Positions 29,817 through 40,226 of a stretch of 64,000 nt of DNA are shown here, piece by piece. Each line of letters starts with the position of its first letter. Positions within the stretch are counted from its first letter, which is position 1. A program made the translations under genes and the position numbers. The notes under the pieces were generated by a model, which did no database searches, was not told where the DNA came from, and was given only the letters and a program-made list of their open reading frames with translations. Source of the DNA: a virus (lineage: Duplodnaviria > Caudoviricetes); the IMG/VR virus record IMGVR_UViG_3300025372_000001; one strand, written 5' to 3'.

Positions 29817-30092
29817 ATGGCTCAAATTACTTCTTCAACTCCTATCAGTGCTGCTCCTTTTAATCAATATTGGGTTCAGTCTTTAAACATCAATGGTTCT
29901 CCTGCCGGTAAAACAACTGCAACTGTTATGCTTAAACCCTTCAATGGTACATTAACTCTTGATTCTTTCAAGGTTCTAAACATTCCTGATGTATTTGGGC
30001 TTGCTGCCACTGATCCAACTTTTGCTGCCGTAGTTACTAGCTTAATCAACGAAATTGAACGTCAGGCAAAACTTAAAGGTGTAATTTCTTAA
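29817..30092 (+). CDS. Small late protein
   Basis: TAAATA 29799; 91 aa. Confidence 0.7.
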   Translation: MAQITSSTPISAAPFNQYWVQSLNINGSPAGKTTATVMLKPFNGTLTLDSFKVLNIPDVFGLAATDPTFAAVVTSLINEIERQAKLKGVIS

Positions 30093-30349
30093 ACAGCAAC
30101 AGGCATTGTTACTTTGCCCAAAGATTGATAGTTTTCTAAAATAGAATCAGAATATTGCCAATCAAAAATGTTAGTAAAATTCGGAGTTTGAATTCGTGGT
30201 AATTCAAACTCCGTTTTTCTTTTTAAGATTTCTTCAACTCCATCCAATTGATTTTCATAGATATGAACATTGGAAAGAAATCCGGTTAACATACCTTCTT
30301 CCAGGCATGATTCTTTTGCAAGAATATTTCATTTATTAAAGGGAATACC
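30089..30349 (-). pseudogene. thyA: 3' remnant of thymidylate synthase thyA
   Basis: In-frame GIPFNK*NILAKESCLEEGMLTGFLSNVHIYENQ...MPVAV: ThyA PFN and HIY motifs and C-terminus; N-terminal part with catalytic Cys missing. Confidence 0.8.
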
Positions 30350-30361
30350 ATAAATATAATC

Positions 30362-31126
30362 ATGGACAAGATAAAAGGAATATATGCAATAGTTAATATA
30401 GTAAATCATAAAAAATACATAGGTAGTTCGAAAAATATTAAGAAAAGATGGACTTCGCACAAAACTCGCCTCAATAGTAATATACATCATTCGGATTTCA
30501 TGCAAAGAGCATGGAACAAATACGGTAAAGACAATTTCAAGTTAACGATATTGGAAGTTTTAGATGTAGAAAGTAGTGCTAATGATTTGTTTGCTAAAGA
30601 ACAAGAATGGATTAATAAGTTAAATCCAGAATATAATGTAGGATCAGTTGGCGGGGGAGATAATTTGACTAATCATCCTCGTCGAGAGGAAATTATTGAA
30701 AAAATAACTAAATCTTCTCAAGAAAGAATGGATAATATGACCGAAGAGGATAAAGAGAAAATGCGTCAAAATTCTTTAGGTGATAAAAATCCTAATTGGA
30801 GAGGTGGAATATCAAAGATTAAAGGAGCATGTGTGGATTGCGGAACAGAAATTTGGAAAGATCGTATAAGATGTGTTCTATGTTCAAAAAAAGGAACAAA
30901 TAACCCTTTTTTCGGAAAACAGCATTCTGAAGAAACAAAAAAGAAAATGACAGATTCCCATAAAGGTAAACCTAATATTGCACAACGTAAAGCAATTATT
31001 ATAGATGGTGTATATTACGCATCATATAATGATGCAGCGTTAGCATTAGGAGTAACGGGTGCTATGATTACATATAGAGTGAAAAAGAATACACCTGGTT
31101 ATATAACCGTTCCCAATAAGTCATAA
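30362..31126 (+). mobile_element. Free-standing GIY-YIG homing endonuclease with NUMOD3-like motifs
   Basis: GIYAIVNIVNHKKYIGSS...RW..H; NPFFGKQHSEETKKKM; TAAATA at 30351. Confidence 0.9.
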
Positions 31127-31807
31127 TTTAAATGCTTCGATGCTATATTGAAACGGGTTTCCATTAATCTGCTTAACAAGATTAAGCATTTCTTCAGCAA
31201 TTTCCCTAATTTCTAATTGGGCATCTAATTTATTACGTAATCCTTGAAAATGTATAAATGATCGCCAGTTAAACATTACGTCAATTTGTATTTGACTGTT
31301 ATATGTTTTGAAAAAACGAGCTGATTCTTTTGCACGTTTTCGCCCTATTACAGGTTCTAAATCTTTTAATGCTGAATGATATAATCTATTACTTAATTCA
31401 GTGTATTCTTGAAGAAGAGTTGCCCAGTCCTTATTTTCAAAAGTATCATTGGTGGTATCATCTGAATTTATATGAAAATATGACGATGATTGAACATTTT
31501 TCCAATCATTAGGAATATAGAATTTATCTTCTTTCAATTCTTTATATCTAGCACTTTCGCCATTTATAGAAACTCCGATTCTATGTTTAAGAAAATGAAT
31601 ATGAGAAGCAATATCGCTATCTACAAGAAAATGTAAAGAACTCTTTTCAAAAGGAGTATGATGCCCTTTTTCCGCTAACATTTTTAAAATAGCAGGGATT
31701 CTTTCCTTTTTTTCATTTGTTAAATTACGTGTAGTACTAGTCCATGCCGAACAAGCATGACTTTCATCCCCGCCATAATACCCAATTAATTCTACTTTAT
31801 TATTCAT
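31121..31807 (-). CDS. thyX: Flavin-dependent thymidylate synthase
   Basis: HHTPFE, HFLKHRIGVSINGESARY, AQLEIREIA motifs. Confidence 0.9.
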   Translation of the reverse strand: MNNKVELIGYYGGDESHACSAWTSTTRNLTNEKKERIPAILKMLAEKGHHTPFEKSSLHFLVDSDIASHIHFLKHRIGVSINGESARYKELKEDKFYIPNDWKNVQSSSYFHINSDDTTNDTFENKDWATLLQEYTELSNRLYHSALKDLEPVIGRKRAKESARFFKTYNSQIQIDVMFNWRSFIHFQGLRNKLDAQLEIREIAEEMLNLVKQINGNPFQYSIEAFKL

Positions 31808-32010
31808 TTGTTATTTTTCTGTCTTACTTTTTCTCGATGAAGATTGAAACATTCTGCGCATCTCCAATTACGAATACCATTATAAGGCAAGGTATCCTTG
31901 TTTTCAACAACTACATGAAAAGGAGGTTTTTTATGACACGGTTCTTCATTTGGAAGAATACCTGATCCTACACAAATTTTCCAAACCTCTTTCATAATAT
32001 TATCCTTCAC
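31804..32010 (-). CDS. Small Cys-containing hypothetical protein
   Basis: 68 aa. Confidence 0.55.
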   Translation of the reverse strand: MKDNIMKEVWKICVGSGILPNEEPCHKKPPFHVVVENKDTLPYNGIRNWRCAECFNLHREKVRQKNNK

Positions 32011-32212
32011 ACTTCTTAATAGTTATTTTACAATGTTCGCACCATGAACACCCACATTTCATACACTCTGGCCCATTATGGGGTTCTACATATAGGCGGA
32101 ACATATCGATACCTTCCCCATATTCCGGGTCTTTTTTATAAAGAACATGCCCCACTTTTTCTAGTTCAGAAATAAAATCAAGACGTGATTGGTCAAATGT
32201 ACTCCAACTCAT
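32000..32212 (-). CDS. Small zinc-binding hypothetical protein
   Basis: CMKC..WCEHC. Confidence 0.6.
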   Translation of the reverse strand: MSWSTFDQSRLDFISELEKVGHVLYKKDPEYGEGIDMFRLYVEPHNGPECMKCGCSWCEHCKITIKKCEG

Positions 32213-32399
32213 AATATTATCCTCTTACGTATCTCCCTTTACCATTCTCTTGCATCTGATAGATAGCAATTCCACCATAATAAGGAACTTCATGAAACTC
32301 GCTATTATCATCTGCATCAATATGGATTTCTGCACCACATAATGGACCACCAACTAGTTCTACAGGTATTAACGTTGCATTCATTATTTTTTTTATTAA

Positions 32400-32675
32400 T
32401 TATTCGTAGTCTGATTCATCGTCGCCGTTTTCTTCTTTTTCGTCAAAAACGAACAAGGCACATTCGTCTATAAAGTTATTCCAGTCAACTTCTTTTTGAA
32501 ATCTAACAGGAATAGTTTCTAGTAATTCTTCTTTAATATCATCTAAAGTGAAATCACTTTCTTTTTCTAATTCTTTAGCACGTCTAGCAATCTTACTAAG
32601 CGCACTATCAGTAATAGCTAAATCCGCATCTTCTGCAAAAGTTTCAAATTGTGTTTTATATTCTTCTAAAGTCAT
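32400..32675 (-). CDS. Acidic hypothetical protein
   Basis: 91 aa. Confidence 0.7.
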   Translation of the reverse strand: MTLEEYKTQFETFAEDADLAITDSALSKIARRAKELEKESDFTLDDIKEELLETIPVRFQKEVDWNNFIDECALFVFDEKEENGDDESDYE

Positions 32676-32704
32676 AATTAATTTTTATTTAGTAGAAACG
32701 AAAG

Positions 32705-32744
32705 AAAAGGGAAAATGAAATAACCTTTTCATTTTCCCTTTTTT
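32705..32744. terminator. Intrinsic terminator
   Basis: AAAAGGGAAAATGAAA...TTTCATTTTCCCTTTT. Confidence 0.8.
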
Positions 32745-32748
32745 AGAA

Positions 32749-33165
32749 TTAAGCAACAATTACTAATTCTTCTTCATCTTCCATAACTGATCCAGTTTGA
32801 ACCTGTTCTGTTTCCTCATTAGAATTAGTTTCTACGGGCGCAATAGCATTTTCTGCTACGTTGATACTCATATCAGTTTCAACAGGCTTAGAAACGGCTT
32901 TAATTGGCTTAGAACGCAATGCTCGTAATGCATTAGCAATATTGGGATGAAGGTTATATTTCTCCATTGCAGAAGCAACTGTTTCTTTATCAAAGACAAG
33001 TTTGTTACGGCCTCCTTGACCGACATAACTGGCTTTTAGTTCTTCTGCTGTTACGTTGTAACGGGTTTGAAGTTCGCGAAATTGTTTAGGATTGGTATGA
33101 AGGGGTTCGCCTGTTACAGCATCCTTTAGTTCATAATTATTTTCTGGATTTTTTGGACGACTCAT
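32749..33165 (-). CDS. Hypothetical protein with acidic tail
   Basis: 138 aa; own TTGACA promoter near 33221-33248. Confidence 0.75.
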   Translation of the reverse strand: MSRPKNPENNYELKDAVTGEPLHTNPKQFRELQTRYNVTAEELKASYVGQGGRNKLVFDKETVASAMEKYNLHPNIANALRALRSKPIKAVSKPVETDMSINVAENAIAPVETNSNEETEQVQTGSVMEDEEELVIVA

Positions 33166-33257
33166 ATATTTTTGTTTTCTATTATTTTATTGTTATTAAA
33201 CTTCCGTTTTGGAATTACTGCATCTTAATGCATTATTTTTCATTGTCAAACGATATT

Positions 33258-34070
33258 TTAAATATATTTGGTTACGTCTGCTGCATCTTCAATATTAAAT
33301 TCGCCATAATACTCTCTTGCATCTCTTAATACGAAATTAACAAAATCTAAATGATATTTTCTATATTCTGTTTGTGGTAATTCTTTTAAGAATTTCAATT
33401 TTTCAAATATCTGCTGTTCTTCACTATATTCTTTTAAAGAACTTTCATAGTTTTCCCAAGATGCTTTTCCGTCTTTTTGAAATTCCACGGGAAGGGAAGA
33501 CCATTCATAAGCAGGTTTTACTGGCGGATTTTCCTTATAATTTCTACGTATTGACATATCATTAACAAAATGAATACACCAATTAACTAATTCTGTATAA
33601 GATTTTATGGAAAAATACTCAATTCCGTAATGATGTTTATAAAGAATAATTTTATTTAATGTTTTATAATTTAATTCTTCTGACCATCCACCTGTTATAT
33701 GTTCTATTAAGAGTGTTAATGCCTGCGCTTTATTTACCGTAGAATATGAAGCAACACAATCGTTTAAAATTTCTTGGGCATCTGCTTTATCTCTTACCAA
33801 ATAAAGCATTTTATAGCTAGATGATCCTTCGATTCGGACAAAAATGCCCCATCCAAAACCACTATAAGGTGTTCCTATTTTAAATTTATAGCCTTTTTCT
33901 GCTATTTCATCTTTTTCTTTCTGCCAGTCATGGGCAGACCAACTATAGATAAATTTCTGTCCACTTGGACTTTCCCATTTATATTGTCCTTCGTTGATTT
34001 GTTTATAGTTCCTGGAAAGAAGAAAGTTTTCTTCTTGCTTTGTTTTTTCAAGTTCAGCTTGTTCAGTCAT
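33258..34070 (-). CDS. Hypothetical protein (leaderless mRNA predicted)
   Basis: 270 aa; TTGACA-16-GATAAT then 6 nt to ATG. Confidence 0.75.
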   Translation of the reverse strand: MTEQAELEKTKQEENFLLSRNYKQINEGQYKWESPSGQKFIYSWSAHDWQKEKDEIAEKGYKFKIGTPYSGFGWGIFVRIEGSSSYKMLYLVRDKADAQEILNDCVASYSTVNKAQALTLLIEHITGGWSEELNYKTLNKIILYKHHYGIEYFSIKSYTELVNWCIHFVNDMSIRRNYKENPPVKPAYEWSSLPVEFQKDGKASWENYESSLKEYSEEQQIFEKLKFLKELPQTEYRKYHLDFVNFVLRDAREYYGEFNIEDAADVTKYI

Positions 34071-34216
34071 ATTGGTATTATCGCAAAAACTTTTCTTTTG
34101 TCAACTGAAAAATTTCTCTTGCAATGGGAAGTTTTTACCGTTATCCTGTCGGTCTTCCGGCGCTTCCAAAACAATTCAAACCAAAAATTAAATGAATATA
34201 ACAATATATAAATTAT

Positions 34217-34513
34217 ATGAAAACTAATAATATATTTAATAAAGGTGATAGTGTTCAATCTTTATATAGAGCACATTGGCACGGAATTGTATTAGGTGTA
34301 AATCATTGGTCAACCTACGAAAATAAATATTATCCTTGTTATGACGTTCTGGCATTAGAATCTGTGGATGGAAGGAAACATAGAAAACCACAAATTCATG
34401 TCTTATCAGAAAAATGGTTAATCACCTCTCCTAGAAAATGCAATATTCCTGAAAATTATAAAAATTATAAGATAATATATCCTACAGAAATATACGAAAC
34501 TTTATTCCAATGA
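34217..34513 (+). CDS. Hypothetical protein
   Basis: 98 aa. Confidence 0.7.
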   Translation: MKTNNIFNKGDSVQSLYRAHWHGIVLGVNHWSTYENKYYPCYDVLALESVDGRKHRKPQIHVLSEKWLITSPRKCNIPENYKNYKIIYPTEIYETLFQ

Positions 34514-34947
34514 ATATACAAATACATAAATTTAAAACTATTACAGAATTATTATTGTATACTTTTGATTATAATGAATATAGTAACACTTTTACATATT
34601 CGGGATTTCAAATTTCACGAAGAAATGACATTTATGATGTTTGGGGCCATAAATGGTTAAAACATTTTGCTAAACAAAAACTTAAAGAAGAACAAGAATA
34701 TGAAGCAAAATTTGACTATTATCCTGATGGATATGATTATAATCCGTTAGATGAAGGATATAATGTCATTGCGAAAAAATATAATCCATTTTTGAATAAA
34801 ACAAATACTGGAAAACCTTATTTGGAAGGCATAGCTTCATATAATACTAAGCATCTCCCTGTTCCAGAATTTACCAAAGAAGAATTATTGGAACAATTGA
34901 AGAAAGCAGTTGCAATGAAATTAAAAACTGCTACTTTACGGCTATGA
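34510..34947 (+). CDS. Hypothetical protein
   Basis: 145 aa. Confidence 0.7.
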   Translation: MNIQIHKFKTITELLLYTFDYNEYSNTFTYSGFQISRRNDIYDVWGHKWLKHFAKQKLKEEQEYEAKFDYYPDGYDYNPLDEGYNVIAKKYNPFLNKTNTGKPYLEGIASYNTKHLPVPEFTKEELLEQLKKAVAMKLKTATLRL

Positions 34948-35396
34948 CACTACAATTAGAAATTAACAAACAAATTAAACAAGCAATGATTGCCAAAGAT
35001 CAATCCCGTGTTGATGTTCTTCGACAAGTCAAAACAGCAATCACCAATGCTGCGCTTGCTTCCGGTAATGCAAGTAACACTCTTACTGATAATGAAGTAA
35101 TTGGAATTATTCGTAAGCAAATTAAACAAAGAGAAGATTCTTCCGAACAATTTTTTAAAGGCAATCGTCTTGAACTTGTTGAAAAAGAACAATTAGAAAT
35201 TAACATTCTGAAACAATATCTTCCCAGTGAATTATCTCAAGAAGAATTTGATAATTTGATTCAACTTGCTATTGCTGAAACCAATGCAATTACTAAGAAA
35301 GATATGGGAAAGGCTATTAAGCGGGCCGTTGAATTGGCAGAAGGACGAATTGACAATAAGAGTATTTCTCAAGAAATCGCAAAATATTTAAAATAA
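34944..35396 (+). CDS. GatB/YqeY domain protein
   Basis: KQAMIAKD..RVDVLR...KQIKQREDS..QF..GNRLELVEKE..EI.IL..YLP..LS..KDMGK. Confidence 0.9.
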   Translation: MTLQLEINKQIKQAMIAKDQSRVDVLRQVKTAITNAALASGNASNTLTDNEVIGIIRKQIKQREDSSEQFFKGNRLELVEKEQLEINILKQYLPSELSQEEFDNLIQLAIAETNAITKKDMGKAIKRAVELAEGRIDNKSISQEIAKYLK

Positions 35397-35401
35397 TACA
35401 G

Positions 35402-35836
35402 ATGACACTTAAATCTCTCATTGAACAATATCTAGCAACTGATTCTATTCGATTATCCGAATCTTTGGAAAATCAAATTATTTCTCTTATTGATGAACAT
35501 GTTAAGCAACAATTTGAGATTTATAAGAAATGGGACATGCTCGTTGGAGATACTGATTATGATGGTTACGATTCCGAAAAAGGAACGTGGATATTTAAAA
35601 CTTGTTTACCAGATGAAGTTTATCTAGAACATATTGTCTATTATGGAGCATGTGGTTGTGAAGGATTTTCTAAATATTTCAAATATAATGAAATTGATAA
35701 TTTTGATTGGAAAGCATTTGAAGAAAAAGTCAAAGCTAATTGCATTAAACAATTGACCGCCCAACATAAAAGCCTTATAGATAAAGCGGATAAAATCTCT
35801 AAACAAATAGAAGAATTACAAAAGAATGAAACCTGA
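35402..35836 (+). CDS. Hypothetical protein
   Basis: 144 aa. Confidence 0.7.
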   Translation: MTLKSLIEQYLATDSIRLSESLENQIISLIDEHVKQQFEIYKKWDMLVGDTDYDGYDSEKGTWIFKTCLPDEVYLEHIVYYGACGCEGFSKYFKYNEIDNFDWKAFEEKVKANCIKQLTAQHKSLIDKADKISKQIEELQKNET

Positions 35837-36503
35837 AAATATCTTCCTAGTACGTCATGGTCAAAGCGAAGGCAATGTTGATAAAGAAATTTATAAAACA
35901 AAGCCAGATTACACTTTACAATTAACTGACCTGGGAAAAGAACAAGCCAGAGATGTTGGAAGTAAGTTGAAAGAAATTATTGGAGAGAAGAATGTTTGTT
36001 TTTATATTTCTCCTTATTGGAGAACTAGGCAAACAGCAGAACAGATTAAGAAAGCATTCACTTATTCTAATCAAATTTGGCATTCTTTTGAGGATGTTAG
36101 GTTACGGGAACAAGAGTGGGGGAACCACATCTCTTCTGGATTTAATGAGAAGTATGAAGAGATGCGAGAAGCATACGGATCATTTTATTGGAGTTTTCCT
36201 AATGGGGAAAGTTGTGCAGCAGTATTTGATCGTACTTCGGATTTCCTTTCGACAATGTATCGGGATTTTGACAAATTTAATTTCCCTAGAAATGCTATTA
36301 TTGTAACGCATGGAATGACGATGCGGGTGTTTCTGATGCGTTGGTTTCATATGACAGTGGAAGATTTTGAATTATTGGCTAATCCTGATAATTGTGATTA
36401 TTATCATTTACAACTACAAAGTGATGGCAAATATAAGTTGTTGACAGAACCAAAAAAGTATGATAAACATACGCACAATTATCAATATCGAGCCGAGGAA
36501 TAA
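35826..36503 (+). CDS. Histidine phosphatase (phosphoglycerate mutase family)
   Basis: LVRHGQS, RTRQTA, LREQEWG, IVTHG. Confidence 0.9.
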   Translation: MKPENIFLVRHGQSEGNVDKEIYKTKPDYTLQLTDLGKEQARDVGSKLKEIIGEKNVCFYISPYWRTRQTAEQIKKAFTYSNQIWHSFEDVRLREQEWGNHISSGFNEKYEEMREAYGSFYWSFPNGESCAAVFDRTSDFLSTMYRDFDKFNFPRNAIIVTHGMTMRVFLMRWFHMTVEDFELLANPDNCDYYHLQLQSDGKYKLLTEPKKYDKHTHNYQYRAEE

Positions 36504-36679
36504 TCATGAAAAAGAAATATACTCAAGATGAATTATGGGAAGCATATCAAGCAGGTAAACAGATAGAAGTTAGTTGTCCTTGGTGGCCTAAAGATCATTG
36601 GGAAATTAAAGACAATGTTAAAACAAAATATTCTTTCTTCGTTGAAGAGTGTGAGTATAGAATTACAGAATAAACTATT

Positions 36680-36904
36680 ATGAATAAGAATATACATCAA
36701 AAATTTCTTGATAGCCTGAAAGGCATGACAAAGAGGGATGCTATCGATGAAGTTAGTAAAGCATTAAACATGACATGTGATTGTTTTTTGTATGGAACGG
36801 TTATTTCTCGTGTTGCAAGAGATAGTATCATATTATGGCTATTAGATGGTATTGTGCAACAAGCCAATGCGGGGGACCCTAGTCGTTTACATAAAGAAAG
36901 TTAA
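36680..36904 (+). CDS. Hypothetical protein
   Basis: 74 aa. Confidence 0.6.
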   Translation: MNKNIHQKFLDSLKGMTKRDAIDEVSKALNMTCDCFLYGTVISRVARDSIILWLLDGIVQQANAGDPSRLHKES

Positions 36905-36924
36905 ACAATAAAATAAAAAAAAAT

Positions 36925-37851
36925 ATGAATTGGAAAGACACTGTAAACGAATCAATTTTGGCATATCCAACGCTTTATTTGAAAAATAGCTGGGAAGCAA
37001 GTGAATTTGCTGTTGCGCATCATTTCTTTATTGTTCTAGGAAATGGATTGGAATGGGCAGAAACTAAAGACCCTTTGAAAGGTGGTTATTTAACTTCCCC
37101 TAAATCATATAAACGCAATGGGGAATGGAAGAGAAAGATGGATCGTCCTTATCGAAAGAAAAGTGTAATTTCTTTAAATCCTGAGATTTTTAATCCCAAA
37201 GTTAAAAAGTATCAAGTGGGACAAGTTGATCATGAATACTCTCTAGTAACTGGACGAATTGAAATGAAAAGAAATTTTCGTTCTCGTTGCGGAAGGTCTA
37301 AACTTCTTACAGAAGAAGAATTAACTATTTTAAATGGTTTCAAGGTATTGGTTTTAAATGGAGACAAGGTTTATCTTACGAGTTATAAGAAAGATAAACA
37401 TAAGGATTACGAATATGTAGCAGAAGAAATTACTAAGTGGGATTCTCTTAATGGAGGAGATGTTGCACCATATCCTAATTTCCAGAAAACTTATTCATGT
37501 TTTTGGGAGATTGAACCGGAACTGATTAAACCAGATTGGAAAGAAGCAGGATTAAGACATTTGAAATATTGGCAAGAATGGTTTAACAATAAAGATAATC
37601 ATAAGAAATATAGTTATTGTCCTGAGAATCCCATTAATCAAAGAGAGGATAAATTGGTAGATACTCTTAAGAAATGGCATTCCGAATGGTTTAAACTTCC
37701 ATCTGATGAGTTCGTGAAGAAAATACAAAAGGAATATAATTGTCCTATTTTTACTGGTGATAATTGGGACGAAATGGAAGAATATAATTGGCAAAAACAT
37801 TTAGACGGTATAAAGTCTTTCTTGACAGAAACAATTGATAGGTTATCATAA
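36925..37851 (+). CDS. Hypothetical protein
   Basis: 308 aa. Confidence 0.8.
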   Translation: MNWKDTVNESILAYPTLYLKNSWEASEFAVAHHFFIVLGNGLEWAETKDPLKGGYLTSPKSYKRNGEWKRKMDRPYRKKSVISLNPEIFNPKVKKYQVGQVDHEYSLVTGRIEMKRNFRSRCGRSKLLTEEELTILNGFKVLVLNGDKVYLTSYKKDKHKDYEYVAEEITKWDSLNGGDVAPYPNFQKTYSCFWEIEPELIKPDWKEAGLRHLKYWQEWFNNKDNHKKYSYCPENPINQREDKLVDTLKKWHSEWFKLPSDEFVKKIQKEYNCPIFTGDNWDEMEEYNWQKHLDGIKSFLTETIDRLS

Positions 37852-37854
37852 GAA

Positions 37855-38049
37855 ATGATAGATGAATATCTAGTTAAAGTTAATGACAAATATCAATGTT
37901 ATTGCGGCCTTGGTTATGTAAACCATGTATATGCTGATAAAACATGGTTCAGTAGTGGTTGTCGAAAACGTGCAAAGGTTTTCACTAAAGCAGAAGCATT
38001 GGAATTATTCGGTAATAAGCAGAAACATTTTAAGATTGTGAAGAAATGA
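37855..38049 (+). CDS. Small hypothetical protein
   Basis: 64 aa. Confidence 0.6.
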   Translation: MIDEYLVKVNDKYQCYCGLGYVNHVYADKTWFSSGCRKRAKVFTKAEALELFGNKQKHFKIVKK

Positions 38050-38237
38050 ATCATAATTCAACAGATTGTAGAACAAAAGAAGGAATTGCAGTCGGTCTAA
38101 TTGACGGAATTATTGCAATGTCAAGAGCACTTCGACGAATGGATGTAGATTTAACTGTTCCTATTAATGAAGCATTTATTGATTTACATTCTGATGAAGA
38201 TGTGAAATGGTTGATGAACGTTAGTACCTTATCATGA
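38046..38237 (+). CDS. Small hypothetical protein
   Basis: 63 aa, coupled at both ends. Confidence 0.6.
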   Translation: MNHNSTDCRTKEGIAVGLIDGIIAMSRALRRMDVDLTVPINEAFIDLHSDEDVKWLMNVSTLS

Positions 38238-38875
38238 AACTTATCGGAATAACCGGAAATATTGCAAGTGGTAAATCTACCATTTCTAAAATGATTGCCG
38301 AACATTATAATCTACCATTAATTAATGTTGATGATTTTTCTAGGAATTGGATAAATTTATATCCTCTAAAGGTTGCAACTGCTCTTGAATGCTTTGGTTT
38401 CCGAGATTCCAGTATGAATGTACTTGATAATCTTATGAAAGTGGTTTTTACAAAGGAAGCCAACTACGTTGATCCTGAATTTAAAAATAGTTCAAGGAGT
38501 TTTAAACAATTTTTTGAAGATTTAGTCGCAGATGATTTCTGGAATTATGTTAATCATTTTATGATTCCTGAATTTTATGATGCAATGATTATTGAACATC
38601 CAATTCTATTTGAAAAAGCAGATCAAGATAAATTCGATTTCATTATCGGTGTTGATGCAACAGATGATATTCGTGTTGACAGAATGAAGAAAAGAGGTTA
38701 TAGTCCTGCAACAACAAGGCAACGCTTAAATAATCAAATTCCTCTTTATCAAAATAAAGATAATATTGATCTTATTTTAGATAATAATATTCCCCTTACC
38801 AAAGAAGAAATCATAAATGAACTATCAAATTCCAGAGAGTTTAAAGCCCTTATATCCCAAGGTTCCTTATCATAA
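38234..38875 (+). CDS. coaE: Dephospho-CoA kinase
   Basis: IGITGNIASGKST P-loop; IEHPILFE; R..RM.KR; DLILDN. Confidence 0.8.
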   Translation: MKLIGITGNIASGKSTISKMIAEHYNLPLINVDDFSRNWINLYPLKVATALECFGFRDSSMNVLDNLMKVVFTKEANYVDPEFKNSSRSFKQFFEDLVADDFWNYVNHFMIPEFYDAMIIEHPILFEKADQDKFDFIIGVDATDDIRVDRMKKRGYSPATTRQRLNNQIPLYQNKDNIDLILDNNIPLTKEEIINELSNSREFKALISQGSLS

Positions 38876-39773
38876 TCTTGCTCATACAGAATCATTTGAT
38901 TGGGAATCCTGCCCTTCCGGTAATGCATATTGGGCAGCAGTATTCCATGACTTTGTTTATAATCCTAAAGTAAAAGGATTGGAAGGTAATGAGTTAGCTT
39001 CTTATAAAGCTTTTGAATCATATATGCGTAATAAAGGGGATTATTATCTCGCTTTTCCTAATTACGATCAAGTTAAGAAACTAATTATGTCAACAATGGA
39101 TCATGTGAAATATTTTGATCCAGATGATGAGGATATGGTTTGGCTTCACACCAATGATTTATTTTGTTTTCGAGATGGGGCAAATGTATATGAAAATGAA
39201 TTGAAAATCTTCAAAGAATATCAATTCACTAAATTTGATTTCTATAAGGAACGTAGATTAGAATTGTTGAAATATTATCGAAAACACCCTCTTGTTCACT
39301 CAGAAAAGATAGATGAAATTGAAAATTATTTTAGTAATTTTATTCCTCATATTGGGTTATTCGTGGGAAGCTTCAATCCGTTCACCCGTGGGCATTTTGA
39401 CATTCTTCAACAAGCAGAAAAGGTATTTGATAAGGTTATTATTGCTCAAGGACAAAATGAAGAAAAGGAAACCAATAATTATTCTCTTCATAATGTAAAG
39501 GCATTGGAATATCATGAATTGGATAGTTATGAAGGAAGTTTATTTTCTTATGTGGATAGAAAGAAAAAAGAACTCGGTAATATCACATTGGTTAGAGGAT
39601 TGAGGAATTATCATGACTTACATGATGAAAGCAATCTATTTAATTTTGCCAAAGATTATACTGATGTTCCTTTTGCCTACTTTATTTCTAAATCAGAAAA
39701 TCTACATATTAGTAGTGGAGCCGTGAGGAAATTAATATCATTAGGAAAAGACGTAAAGGAATATCTACCATGA
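38817..39773 (+). CDS. coaD: HD-like domain fused to phosphopantetheine adenylyltransferase
   Basis: N-term PYHNLAH...FHDFVY; C-term GSFNPFTRGH, LVRGLR, ISSGAVR. Confidence 0.8.
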   Translation: MNYQIPESLKPLYPKVPYHNLAHTESFDWESCPSGNAYWAAVFHDFVYNPKVKGLEGNELASYKAFESYMRNKGDYYLAFPNYDQVKKLIMSTMDHVKYFDPDDEDMVWLHTNDLFCFRDGANVYENELKIFKEYQFTKFDFYKERRLELLKYYRKHPLVHSEKIDEIENYFSNFIPHIGLFVGSFNPFTRGHFDILQQAEKVFDKVIIAQGQNEEKETNNYSLHNVKALEYHELDSYEGSLFSYVDRKKKELGNITLVRGLRNYHDLHDESNLFNFAKDYTDVPFAYFISKSENLHISSGAVRKLISLGKDVKEYLP

Positions 39774-40222
39774 TCGATTTTTTAACAAAACATAATACTA
39801 GAGTTAATTTTCTAGGATCAGGGAAATCTCCCGAAGAAATTTTCGAAAATATTAAAGTATATGCACGGGAATTTACTTCTATTTCTAAACAGGAACGCAT
39901 TCAAGAAGCATTAGATCAAATGGTTCGTTATAGAAATGCTTATCATTTACAAGCAATTGATTCAGTTGATATTGAAAGTTCAACAGAGCAAACCTTAAAA
40001 AGATATGATGATTATGTGAAAATGATTTCTTATTCAATTGAAGAATGGTATGATTTACGTAATAGTATCACATGTGATATTACAGGTAAGAATATCCCTT
40101 ATGACACTAATTATTTTATTTTGAATATTGATGATGGACATGATGATTGTCGTGATTTGGTTTTATCTGTTGACGGATTGAAACAGTTGTGCGAATCTGC
40201 CTCAGAACTATTAACTAATTAA
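39770..40222 (+). CDS. Hypothetical protein (paralog of next gene)
   Basis: CDITGKNIPYDTNY. Confidence 0.75.
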   Translation: MIDFLTKHNTRVNFLGSGKSPEEIFENIKVYAREFTSISKQERIQEALDQMVRYRNAYHLQAIDSVDIESSTEQTLKRYDDYVKMISYSIEEWYDLRNSITCDITGKNIPYDTNYFILNIDDGHDDCRDLVLSVDGLKQLCESASELLTN

Positions 40223-40226
40223 TTTT

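Noticed and set aside
30300-31130. Group I intron in thyA
   Set aside because: No upstream thyA exon (thyX lies there), the endonuclease is antisense, and no intron core is recognisable
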